DNA of 64,000 bases from Octopus sinensis (Eukaryota): positions 61,876,001 to 61,940,000 of the forward strand of contig NC_043010.1 of NCBI RefSeq assembly GCF_006345805.1, in the 5' to 3' direction. The notes below the pieces were generated by a model. The model had not been told where the DNA came from, made no database searches, and was given only the letters and a program-made list of their open reading frames with translations. The translations under genes were made by a program, and so were the position numbers. This document shows, in pieces, positions 26,714-38,304 of the stretch (its first letter is position 1; each line of letters opens with the position of its first letter).

Positions 26714-27763
26714 ACTGAAAAGCATAACATTTAAAACTATAGACACATTCTCATGTGTGCGAATGCGTTCGCGGCCATGCTGTGGCATTTCTCTCATGGT
26801 TTTTATTTTGTTATTTAACTTGTTTCAATCATCAGAATGCGGGCATGCTGGAGCAAAACTTCGAAGAATCTTCGTCGAACGAATTGACCCCAGCACTTCT
26901 TTTTTTTATTTTTTAAAGCCTGATACTTATTCTATCTAGCAGTAGTGGGAAACACACACACACATATGGCGGGCTTCTTTCAGTTTCCTTCCACCATATC
27001 CACTCACAAGGCTTTAGTCGCCCCGAGGCTATAGTAGAAAACACTTGCCCAAGGTGCCATGCAGTGGGACTGAACCCCAAAGCTGTGTGACTAGGAAAGA
27101 AATTTCTTACCACAGTCCCTATTTATTTGGCCCTCGTTTTGCAGGACCCCTAGTGTGAAATCGAATGAAAAGAGAGTTGACAGAATAAGTACTAGGCTGA
27201 CAAAGAATAAGTCCTGGAGTTGATTTGTTCGACGAAAAGCCCTTAAGGCGGTGCTCCCAAGCCACAGTTCATGTCAGAAACAACTAAAGAATATATATTT
27301 ATTCTTTTTCTTAAACTAAACTGCAGCCGGTGTGGTTGCATCCCCATTGGCAGGATAGTTCTGGAAAGGTTCAAATGGTTTCACATTGGAATTCACGTCA
27401 AGAATTCTGCAAAACGATGGCCAAATAAATAGTTGAACAAATCGACCCCAGGACTTATTCTTTGTAAGTCTAGTACTTATTCTATCGATCTCTTTTGCCG
27501 AACCACTAAATTACACCAACATCGGTTGTCAAGCGATGGTGGGGGACAAACACAGACACACAAACACATATACATATGGCGGGCTTCTTTCAGTTTCCAT
27601 CTACTAAATCCTCTCACAAGGCTTTAGTCGCCCCGAGGCTATAGTAGAAAACACTTGCCCAAGGCGCCATGCAGTGGGACTGAACCCCAAAGCTGTGTGA
27701 CTAGGAAAGAAATTTCTTACCACACAGTCCCGTCTGCCTCTATCATTTATTGGTCACTTATTT

Positions 27764-27810
<47 letters not shown>

Positions 27811-27814
<4 letters not shown>

Positions 27815-28110
27815 CGGGAAGCTTTATGAAAATAGACAAAAGACGAAGACAGGTGGAAACAAACAAACAATTGTATTAGTATGGCGCTCAGGAAATATAA
27901 ATAAAACAAGTCTTTAACGTTTCGAGTCTACGCTCTTCAACAGAAAGATACACAGAGAGAAAAAAACACAGAAAGAAGGAGAGAAAAAAAATGCGTGCAG
28001 TAACTAACGAACCAACATGGCGATCTGATTTCGGCCAGAAGTCAAAGATCAAACATGAGACGCGAGAGCGAAATTAGGGGAGATAATAGGGTTGAGTGAC
28101 CAGCTCCAAC
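27811..28110 (-). mobile_element. Hammerhead-bearing element P1b
   Basis: About 300 bp, closely similar to 37592-37890, with its 3' end at (TA)n. Confidence 0.7.
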
Positions 28111-28448
28111 ATGTATATATATATATTATTTATTTGGCCCTCGTTTTACAGGGTCCCAGGTGTGAAATCGAATGTCAAACCATTTGAACCTTTCCTCTCA
28201 ATAAGGATGCAACCACACCGGCTGCAGTTTAGTTAAGTTTTTATGGTTTAATTAATTTATTAATAAGGAGAAAACCATTCAATAAATTTATTAATTCATC
28301 CAGTGCTGTGATGAGTGAGTGGTTCTTCGCAACCATTTGGCTCCCGGGTTCGATCCCACAGCACAGGGCTCTAGGTTTTTGTTTGACTAATCAATGATTT
28401 CTGAGGTGAACATCGTAGACGGAAATTGTGCAGAAGCCCACTACACAC

Positions 28449-28488
<40 letters not shown>

Positions 28489-28497
28489 ACATGTATG

Positions 28498-28529
<32 letters not shown>

Positions 28530-28544
28530 TATAACTTAGAATAA

Positions 28545-29366
28545 CTTAGAAAGGTTTTGGGCAGTATTGGCCCAGGCCATGTCTAACTTAATAGCACCAC
28601 CTGGTGAAGTCTTTCAGTTCAGGATTTGGGCACCAAGGCCCATTCGAGCAGAGAGTTATTGTTTGCGGAGACATATCCGGGTGTGGGTGGTTGTCCGGTA
28701 CTGTTTGAAGGAATTTGTCCAAAGACTTCTTGAATTTTGGTGTGGTCAGTTTCTTTTTGACGTGCCCTGTGTAATGTTGAAGAGAGCAGGTCCAATTGAG
28801 TGAAATAGTTGTGCCGTATTGTCGTTATGTGATGCGATTTAGATTTTTGTGTTGTGGGGATGGCACGTGGTCCAAGCCTTGGATGCATTTTGAAGGTGAT
28901 GCCAACATCATTCGGACAGTGCTGGTGGAATATTTTCCACATCATACAGATAATGTAGCGTTCACGGCGTCGTTGGAGTGAATACAATTTCAGCTTCTCT
29001 AGTCTACCCCAGTAGTCAAGGTCTGACATGCCATCTATCTTTTTTGTGATTGACCTTTGGGGAGCTTCAATTCTCATAATATTTTGCTTTGTGTAGGAGA
29101 CCACAGTGGACAGCAGTATTCAAGGTGGGGTCGGGCAAAAGTGGAGAAGAGAAGGATAATAGCGTGGGAATCTCTCGACTGGAAGGTACTGAGAATCCAG
29201 GAACACATTCTGCGGGCCATGTCAACTTTGCTGCTTATATGTGTAGCCCAGCTTATGTTGTTGTCCACTGTTACTCCCAGGTCTCTGATGTTGTTGGATG
29301 CCATGAGAATTCTCCAGAAGGAAGAGTATGGGAGTTTCAGAGCGTCCTCCCTTCCAAAGTGGATCA
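28545..29366 (-). mobile_element. 5'-truncated CR1-group LINE (RT C-terminus + 3' end), one frameshift
   Basis: IRDLGVTVD, RPHLEYCCPLWSP and YWGRLEKLKLYSLQRRRERY motifs; flanked by (TA)n on both sides. Confidence 0.85.
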
Positions 29367-29514
29367 GATATATATATAATATATATATATATATAATATT
29401 ATATATATATTATATATATATATATATAATATATACATATGTATGTGTGGTGTGTGTGTGCGTGTGTATACATGCATACATGCATATGTTTGCGTGCGTG
29501 TGTGTGTGTGTAGT

Positions 29515-29660
29515 TGGGGTTGAAATTTATAGAAGAACAAAAGACGAAGACAGGTGTATGAACAATAAGCAAGTGTATTAGTTTGACGCTCGGGAAAAAT
29601 GAAAGAAGTCTTTTGAGTTTCGAGCCTACGCTCTTCATCAGAAAAGAATAAGGGCAATTA
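29515..29660 (-). mobile_element. Hammerhead-bearing element P1a
   Basis: gaagacaggtgtatgaacaa...gacgctcgggaa...cgagcctacgctcttc is shared with the 13450 copy. Confidence 0.6.
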
Positions 29661-29989
29661 AACGGAAAGCATAAAAGAAAACTTGTAGATTTAGCAGTCA
29701 AGCATGGTGTATGTATGTATGTATGTATGTATGTATGTATGTATGTATGTATGTACGCATGTGTGTATGTGTGTGTGGCTGGCATACACACACACACACT
29801 TACACACAAACAACGACGGATCACTTGACCAAAATGTCTTTTGGCTCCTTTTCTAAAATGCTAAAAATCTTCGATACATGTAAAGATTTTTTGAGATTCG
29901 TGTAACTCCCAGGTACCAGGGTACGATTTATCCCCGTACCTCTTTCGTGACAGGTGCGTACCTATGCATGCATGTATGCTCTTCTCTTT

Positions 29990-30530
29990 CTCCTTTTTCA
30001 ATTGGATTAAGCTTCGACGAGCCACCTCCCTGGTGGCAACGTTATGAAGGAAGCCGTCTTATTTCGTTCATCATCCTTTAAACTTTAAGATGGTTTTTGC
30101 AGATTTTTATAGAACCAGATATCAGAATCGTTTGAAGTGCGTGAATTAAGGATTTGCGTTCTCTCTCCCAGATCCAAAGTTCAACCATATTTTGCATCCG
30201 GTGGGTAAGTATGTACCCTGCTGCTCCAATAACAATAGTTATGAATCTGAAATTGTACCTTGAGTAGTGGATTCGCAACCCCCTTATTAATGGTTCATAG
30301 ATGTCCTTTGTCTCTTGTATTTTTCTAACCACATTGGTGACCTGCGGCCCGCTGATTTCCTTGTGGTCCCACACAATAATATCTGGCCGGGCGGCTGTTT
30401 TAATTTTCAAGTTCCATTAATATCCTTTTGACCCAACCGTCTCAATTTGGTCAGCAGGTGTTTTCTGTTTTGTTATCTTCTTCCAGACCCTTCCGGGGTC
30501 ACCGCATCATTCCCTCGAATGCACGTATAC
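29990..30530 (-). mobile_element. 3' end of an RLE-type (R2/R4/NeSL-like) non-LTR element
   Basis: RPDIIVWD ... IVIGAAGY ... LQ..LISGSIKI: restriction-like endonuclease C-terminus followed by a short UTR. Confidence 0.7.
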
Positions 30531-30534
30531 TTCC

Positions 30535-30930
30535 TTTTATTTGTTTCGGTCATTTGACTGCGGCCATGCTGGAGCACTGCCTTTAGTCGAACAAATCGAC
30601 CCCAGGACTTATTCTTTGTAAACCTAGTACCTAGTACTTGTTCTGTCGGTCTCTTTTGCCAAACCGCTAGTTACGGGGATGTAAACATACCAACATCGGT
30701 TGTCAAGCGCTGGGAGGGAGGACAAACACAGACCCCCCACCCCCCACACACACACATTATATATACGACAGGCTTCTTTCAGTTTCCGTCTACCAAATCC
30801 ACTCACAGAGCCTTGGTTGATCTGAGGCTATAGTAGAAGACACTTGCCCAAGGTGCAACACAGTAGGACTGAACCCGGAACCATGTGGCTGGTAAGCAAG
30901 ATACTTACCGCACAGCCACTCCTGCACCTA
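30535..30930 (-). mobile_element. SINE family A
   Basis: Homologous to 165-583. Confidence 0.8.
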
Positions 30931-30981
30931 TTTATGATGTATGTATGTGTGTGTGTGTGTGTGTGTGTGTTGTGTGTGTGA

Positions 30982-31265
30982 AGGCGCGTGGATTAGTGGC
31001 TCGCAATGGCAAGGCCGTGAGTTCGATACTCGGCAGGCACTTTATTTCGCGTTGCTTCAGTCCACTCAGCTGGCAAGAATGAGGAGTACCCATATTTCAA
31101 AAAGACCAGCTTTCTCACACGCTGTGTCACACTGAATCTCCCTAAGAACTACGTTGAGGGTACACGTGTCTGTGGAGTACTCAGCCACTTTCACGTTAAT
31201 TTCATAAGCAGGCTGTTCAATGATCGGATCAACTGGAAACCTCATTGTCGAAACCGACGGAGTGC
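30982..31265 (+). mobile_element. tRNA-type SINE family H
   Basis: Decayed A/B boxes. The 3' domain is shared with 47820-48000 and the head region with 4950-5077 (minus). Confidence 0.55.
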
Positions 31266-31282
31266 TAGTCCTTTCATGTATG

Positions 31283-31316
<34 letters not shown>

Positions 31317-32366
31317 TGTATGTATGTGTGCATGTATGTGTATGTATGTATGTATGTATGTATGTATGTATATAATAATAATAATAATAATAATTGTGTA
31401 CAGTGCTCAGGTGCACTACAACTCATCTAAAGTGTATATATAAAGTGTATGTATATATATGTGTGTGTATGTATGTATGTATGTATGTATGTGTGCATGT
31501 TTGTGTGTGTATGTATGTATGTATGTATGTATGTATGTATGTGTGTGTATATATGTATATATGTGTATGTGTGTTTGTGTATGTATGTGGGTGTATGAAT
31601 GTATATGTGTGTATACGTATATATGTGCTAGTAAGCATGAGGTATGCGTGTGTATTTCTAACGGATGAGTGAATGCCTATTTATGTTGCCTGACAGAAGG
31701 AGAGACTGGAGAGTCGCACGAGTGGAGTTTGTTGCCTTGATTAAATACGGAGATAATAATTATGGAGACGTGTGTGAGTGAAGGAGAGGAGGGGCTGTGA
31801 GAGGAGGCGAATGTGTGTGTGGTGTGTGAGAGAGAGAGAGAGAGAAACAGAGAGAGGGAAGGAGTGAGATAAGTGGGGAGCGAGAAAATGAAATAAGCGT
31901 AGGAGATAAGGACAAGATAGAGTGTGGTAGCGAGAGGAAGCGAGAGAGAGAGAGAGAGAGAGAGCGGTAAAGAGAAAGGGAGTTCAGACGGTAAAAGAAA
32001 AATAAAGAAAGTGTAAGGTAAAGTCAGAGGAGGCGGTTTATTGAGAGAAAAAGGAGAGAAGTCATGAGAGAGGAAAGGGGGAATTTGGATAGAGTGAGAG
32101 AGAGAGAGAGAGACAGAGAGACAGAGATAGAGAAAGAGAGGGGTATGGTTGGTAAAGAACGATAGAGAGAAAGAGAGAGGGGGAGAGTGAAGGAGAGCGT
32201 AACAGAGAGATAGAGTGAGAGAGAGAGGGGGGATTTCTGCAACGTGTCCTTGTCCAGTTGTTTAGAGAAGTAAAAAAAGTTAGAACGAATTTTACTCTTT
32301 TTGTTCCATTTGAATCACGTCTCTTTGACAGACGCAACATAACACGTGTTAGACATGCATTTTCTT

Positions 32367-32398
<32 letters not shown>

Positions 32399-32618
32399 AG
32401 TATGTGAATGAATTATCCTAGTATTGATAATTCTGTTAATCGATACCTGGGTAGCAAATTCACGTCAGAAAACACGGTTGTAGCTGCATGCCAAGGGTAG
32501 AAACCCCGTGTTCTTGTGTGGTAATTTGTGTATTATTTAAAATGAATTAAAGAATGGAGTCGGACGGTGAAAGTAAAGGAATTGTGTTAAAATCTTCGTT
32601 CGACTCCATTCTTTTATT

Positions 32619-32659
<41 letters not shown>

Positions 32660-32859
32660 ATAGATAGATAGATCTGTCTTTTCTCTTGTCAAGGATAATA
32701 TTCCTCCAGCGTTCGCTGTTTTACCCTCGTTCTGGTCTACCGACCCTCCATGTTTGTTTTCGTTGTATGTCTCCACCGTCCTGTTTTTATTCCCAGCTTT
32801 CACTCTCCATAGATACCGAGTTTTGTTTTGGTATTTGTGGGAGCAACTACCTTTGAAGA

Positions 32860-33046
32860 CTCATATTGTCGTTCAATGCTCGAAATGAGGAGTAGACAGG
32901 CAGCCGACAACTGATGAAGGGTCGTTCTTTATGTTACTTGTTCTGTTTTCCATTTGTTTCTCTCGTTGTTTGCGTATTCAATTCATTTGTTTTCGTATTT
33001 CATGTTGTTTACTGTTTGTGACGTCCTGTACCCATATATGCATATA

Positions 33047-33050
<4 letters not shown>
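32860..33050 (+). mobile_element. Interspersed repeat P6 ending GACGTCCTGTACCCATATATGCA at (TA)n
   Basis: Related minus-strand copy at about 50810-50990; inverted 3' end at 33301-33347. Confidence 0.5.
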
Positions 33051-33091
<41 letters not shown>

Positions 33092-33113
33092 TATATATAT
33101 ATATATATATATA

Positions 33114-33160
<47 letters not shown>

Positions 33161-33169
33161 TATATATAT

Positions 33170-33204
<35 letters not shown>

Positions 33205-33239
33205 TATATATATATATATATATGCATATATATATGCAT

Positions 33240-33299
<60 letters not shown>

Positions 33300-33742
33300 G
33301 ATATATATGCATATATGGGTACAGGACGTCACAAACAATAAACAACACACACATATATATATATATATTATATATATATTTATATGTTTTGTGTGTATTT
33401 GCATATATATATATATATGTATATATATTGTTTATATTCACACTACAGACACACACACACATATATATATTATATATACATATATTTATACGACAAGCTT
33501 CTTTCAGTTTCCGTATACCAAATCTACTCACAAGGCTTTGGTCGACCCGAGGCTGTAGTCGAAGACACTTCCCCAAGGGCCGCGCTGTGGGACTGAACCC
33601 GGAACCATGTGGTTGGGAAGCAAACATCTAACCACACAGCCACACGTATATATGTATGCATGAATGTATTTATATATGTGTATATATGAATATGTAAAAT
33701 TATGTATGTGTGTATGTATGTGTGTATATATATGTTTATATA

Positions 33743-34507
33743 TTGGATCGTCCCATAAATAATGCGTTTTTTTCAACTGCATGAACTAAAAGTTGGAAGG
33801 GGACAGGATGAACTACCTGCATCAACTTGCTATAAAAGCTGGTAGTAATTTTCCCTTGTCCTTGTTCTTTGTGCAAGTTTTGAAGAGTGCAGTTCGATTT
33901 TAATAGTTATTTTTTTCAAAGCTATATTGGAAGTGACAAAGGAGCATATTCGGCATATTTTTCTGTATCAGCTCAATAAAGGCAAACAACACAACGGAAA
34001 GTGCGAGGAATATTAATGCAGTATATGAGGATTGGACAATAAGCGTCAGTGTCAACGATGGTTCCAGAAATTCCAAGCCGAAACTACAGCCTGGAAGACG
34101 AGCCTCGTCCTAGAAGATCTGTAGAGCTCGATAAGGACGTCCTGCAAATCCTGGGGGAACAAAATCCCATCGTAATTTTTGAGGAACTGGTAGAGAAGCC
34201 TGGATTTGGTCATTCAACCAGTCATTCAAGTCAGCGCTAGAAGGAAAAAACGATCATCTTCAGTTTCAAGACAAAAGGTGTTCTTCCATCAGGATAATGT
34301 TCGGCCACATACAGCGAGGATGACATTCCAAAGGCTGGAGCAGCTTGAATGGGAAACGATGCTCCATGCACCATTTTCGCGGGCATTGCCCCATCTCATT
34401 ATCATTTGCTCTGGAGTCTTCAAAATATTAAGAAAGAACTTTGTTTATCTTAATTTTGAGAAAATAAAATTATTAAAAAAACCCGCAATATTTATAGGAT
34501 GATCCAA
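33743..34507 (+). mobile_element. Internally deleted mariner with both TIRs
   Basis: TA|TTGGATCGTCCCATAAATAATGCG matches CGCAATATTTATAGGATGATCCAA. Transposase remnants include SLEDEPRPRR and FFHQDNVRPHTA. Confidence 0.85.
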
Positions 34508-34541
<34 letters not shown>

Positions 34542-34799
34542 CATTTAATCCAAGATTTAATTTTGACCAACCACCAACTTAAAATTGTGAAAGAAAGTAT
34601 CTTGTCTTGTTAATCGTCCTCTAAATCTTATAATCTTGCATATTATCTTTGTCCCAAATAAAGTGATCATTTGTATCAGGGGTCGATGAAACGGGGTAAA
34701 TTACCGCAAGTGGGGTAAAAACGAAATTCTTAGGGCAATGAAGACTCATTAGACATAAATAAAATTATATAAAAAACCCTGTTTTTTGTTACGACAGCA

Positions 34800-35000
34800 A
34801 TCTTTCTTCTGGCATGAGGAGACAGTCAAAAAGTTGCTGCCTTTTGCAACAACCGACCTTTGCGAACAAGGATTTTCCACTCTAATAAGCATAAAAACAA
34901 AGACGAGTGTTTGATTGGACCCTGAAGACTGAATCCAAATTTCTCTGGCATCAAAATGCCCCAATCTTGATGTAACTGTCACAAAAAAATGGAACATCAT
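34800..35000 (+). mobile_element. hAT (Charlie/Buster) transposase C-terminal dimerization remnant
   Basis: KLLPFATTDLCEQGFSTLISIKTK matches the LLPFxTTYLCExGFS motif. Confidence 0.7.
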
Positions 35001-35389
35001 TTCTCCAAAATCTGAGTTGAAAAAGTTTCTAGAAAAATCCTTGTTTCATAATGAGGATATTAATGTATTTAATTGCATTTGTTTTATACTTTTTGTATTC
35101 ATAACCGTATTCTCCATGTAAATAGATTCAAAAAGCTTTTGAATTCAAAGAATCTATGATTTTCTTCCTTTCAAATCAAGGGAGTAAAGTGTAACTACGA
35201 AATCAAAAGAAATTCAATTTATTGGATCTTTAGCGACTTCAGATATTGCTTATGACAATGTCACCAAATTTCAAAAGTGGATAAAACAAATTCTCATACT
35301 GGGGTGGAGGGGCTGAGATTCTAACTGGGGGTGCTGAGCACCCCATACATCCCCCCCCGTAGCTACGTGCCTGTACTGCACGTGGACTC

Positions 35390-35910
35390 AAACAGAGATT
35401 CCTTTACGGTGACGTTAGCGTCGACGAAAAATGATGTCTTTACGTTAATATGAAGCAGAGGTAAAAATGGCTTGGTCCTGAGAAGCAAGAAAATTATCAG
35501 TATTTGGTTGGACTGGGATGGGCGAATCTTCTACGGAATGTTTGAAAACAACCACACCATCAAAGCAGAGCTGTACATTCAAGAAATGCACCAGTTCCAC
35601 GAGGCACTCCAGCTGAAAACGATCCGACCGGCAACATGGCGTGCTTCTTCAACTGCTAATTTCACCAAAAAACGATTTAGAAAAGCTCGTTTGAGAAGTT
35701 TTAACACAGCCGCCTTATTTTCCCGATAAAACGCCTTCAGATAATTATCTATGTTGGCGGCTCTCCAACAGTCTGCCAGGCGTTCCGATCAACAACGTGG
35801 AGCTGAAGACATGGTTCTATGAATTCTTCGAGTGAAGACCCAGTGATTCTTAGCGTCAGACTATTGACAAGCTAGTGGGACATTGGCAAGAAGTTGTGAG
35901 CAAAAATTTG
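35390..35910 (+). mobile_element. Mariner transposase catalytic-domain remnant
   Basis: VDEK*CLYVN, IWLDWDGRIFY and QPPYFPDKTPSDNYL (PPYSPDLAPSDY-like), with stops and frameshifts. Confidence 0.75.
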
Positions 35911-36009
35911 ATGTAAATTAATTTGCTAAGATTGTTGATGAAAAACAAAGATTAAAGTATATGATAGAAAAAAGAACCCTATATATATATATATATACAC
36001 ACACACACA

Positions 36010-36207
36010 TACTAGAGTAAGCACGTGAATGCGAAACAAGGTGGAAAAAAATAGTACTCGAATACCAGAGTAATATGCTTTATTTAAAAGCAGCAAAAAT
36101 ACCACAAAAAGATCCTATTACTCAGTTTCACGTTCCCTTTCGTCGGACAATTTTGCTTAAACAAAACTGTCCGACGAACGGGAACGTGAAACTTTGAGTA
36201 ACAGTTT
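36010..36207. mobile_element. Penelope-like pLTR remnant P3, inverted pair with tail, in (TA)/(CA)n
   Basis: Same architecture as 8535-8730 with unrelated sequence. Confidence 0.6.
36164..36207 (+). ncRNA. Minimal type I hammerhead-like motif, family P3
   Basis: AAACTGT-CCGACGA-ACG/GGAA/CGT-GAAA-CTTTGAG-TA-ACAGTTT. Stem I is 7 bp, U4 is replaced by C, and stem III is near-palindromic. An inverted copy lies at about 36113-36153. Confidence 0.65.
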
Positions 36208-37057
36208 ATATATATATATATATCTTAATAATATTAAAACTCTAGAGATGTTTATTTGTACCCTAAATATCTCAAAACTAGTATATTTAATCTTTTTTTT
36301 TTTGCATATTTATTTTCATGCTTACCTTCGGCAGTGCAGTACAAATTTTTGTGACATTTGGACCTCTAATTATTAATGAAAACGAGTAAACACAATTTTT
36401 GTTAAAAAAATTTGTCTTGCGTGACGTCAATAGACACATACTGGATACACTCACATATAATGAATGTCATGGCTTGTCAATCAACACAAACACACGTCCG
36501 CTATCTGTAACACACACACACACACACACACACATAGTCTTCGCGGTCTCTAAACATAAAATAAAATGTCGATTTTTGACGTACACACTATTTTAATCAT
36601 TTAGAAATATTTTTAACTGAGCGTGATTTCAAAAATGTAAGTTGTTTGTTCGTATAGTAATATTAGCTTTCTTTAAACAGACAATATTCTAATGTTTTTT
36701 TTAGAATTATTTTCAAGTCGTTAATTTCTGTTAAAATTTTTTTTATTTATTTACATTTATTTTAAAGTGAAAGAGAGGAAACAGTGAAAGATGTTTGTAC
36801 TTGAATACGAAATGGACGTGTGTGTGAAAGAGAGAGGGGGAGAGAGAGAAATGAAACGAGAGAGAAAGAGAGAGATAGAGAGAAAACAGAGATAGAGAGT
36901 GAGTTAAAGGGATGTGTTGTCATGTATACATACATCAATACATATGCGTAAATCTCTTTTGTATGTATATGTGATTGTGTGTGTGAGAGAGAGTGAGTGA
37001 ACGTGTATGTTCTCATGTATGTGTAAGTGGCACACACACACACACACACACACACAC

Positions 37058-37095
<38 letters not shown>

Positions 37096-37591
37096 GTCCA
37101 TTTCATGTACACGTTCATACATCTTTCAGTTTCTCCTCTTTTCCCTTTTAAAACAAAAGTAAATAAATAAATAAAAATTTTACGGAAATTAACGAACAAA
37201 ACCAGCTGATCCAGATGACAGAGTCAAAGCCAAAGATTGCCCCAAGGGAATACCATTACAAAAATCTTACGAGTGCATTCAACGTATCTCAGTTCCAAAG
37301 ATTTGGCTGCTATTTCTAGCACACCCTGCTACCACGTAACAACTATTTGCGATAAAGGACCCGAAATACCTGTTACGTGGTAGCAGGGCACGCAAGAAAT
37401 AGCAACCAAATCTTTTCTTTTCCGGGGAATGGAGCCGTTTATGCATGATTTCGATATCACATTCGTTGGAAGCATACGAAATAACCTGGAAAAAAAACCC
37501 ATGAAACAAAACTCCGTTGCTGGGAAACTCAGACTTTACTGGTGACCAAACGGGTCACGGGTAGTCTAGTCTAGTCTACTATATATATATA

Positions 37592-37890
37592 TAACGGGAA
37601 GTTTTACGAAAATAAACAAAAGACGAAGGCAGGTGGAATACAAACAAACAATTGTATTAGTATGGCGCTCAGGAATATAAATAAAACAAGTCTTTTACGT
37701 TTCGAGCCTACGCTCTTCAACAGAAAGATACACAGAAAAGAAACACAGAAAGAAACAAGGAGAGAAAAAAATGCCTGCAGAGGCTAGCGATTCAACATGG
37801 CGATCTGATTTCGGCCAGAAGTCAAAGATCAAACGTGAGACGCAAGAGCAAAATTAGGGGAGATAATAGGGTTAAATGACCTCGCCCCAA
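37592..37890 (-). mobile_element. Hammerhead-bearing element P1b
   Basis: Sister of 27811-28110. Confidence 0.7.
37691..37728 (-). ncRNA. Minimal hammerhead-like motif, family P1
   Basis: TCTTT-CTGTTGA-A-GAGC/GTAG/GCTC-GAAA-CG-TA-AAAGA. Sister copies at about 13544-13580, 27911-27948 and 29609-29647; the last has canonical CTGATGA. Confidence 0.6.
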
Positions 37891-37934
37891 CATAAGAGTG
37901 TGTTTGTGTATGAGAGAGTATGTAGTGCATAACA

Positions 37935-38214
37935 TACATAAACAATTGCAGCGTGGAAGGTGTTTATAAGCCATTTAAGAAATATACAAAAACCATTAGA
38001 TTCACTTCAGCATTTAAATTTAATTTGCCAAAATATTTTCGTCACTTTGAGACCGCGACCTGTTCACTGACAAAAGATGCAGCACGAAATTTTGTCAGTG
38101 AACAGGTCGCAGTTTCAAAGCGATGAAATTATTTTGGCAAATTAAATGTAAATGTTGAAGTGAATCTAATGGTTTTTGTATGTTTCTTAAATGGCTTCCA
38201 CGCTGCAATTGTTC

Positions 38215-38219
<5 letters not shown>
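37935..38219. mobile_element. Foldback MITE (about 140-bp arms, 14-bp loop) in TA context
   Basis: 37935-38075 pairs with 38090-38219. Confidence 0.8.
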
Positions 38220-38261
<42 letters not shown>

Positions 38262-38268
38262 ATAATAT

Positions 38269-38304
<36 letters not shown>

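Noticed and set aside
32875-32925. GAAA...CTGATGA motifs in type II hammerhead order in P6 (also about 50945-50990 minus)
   Set aside because: Both boxes are conserved in two copies, but stems I and III do not close and no UH cleavage site aligns.
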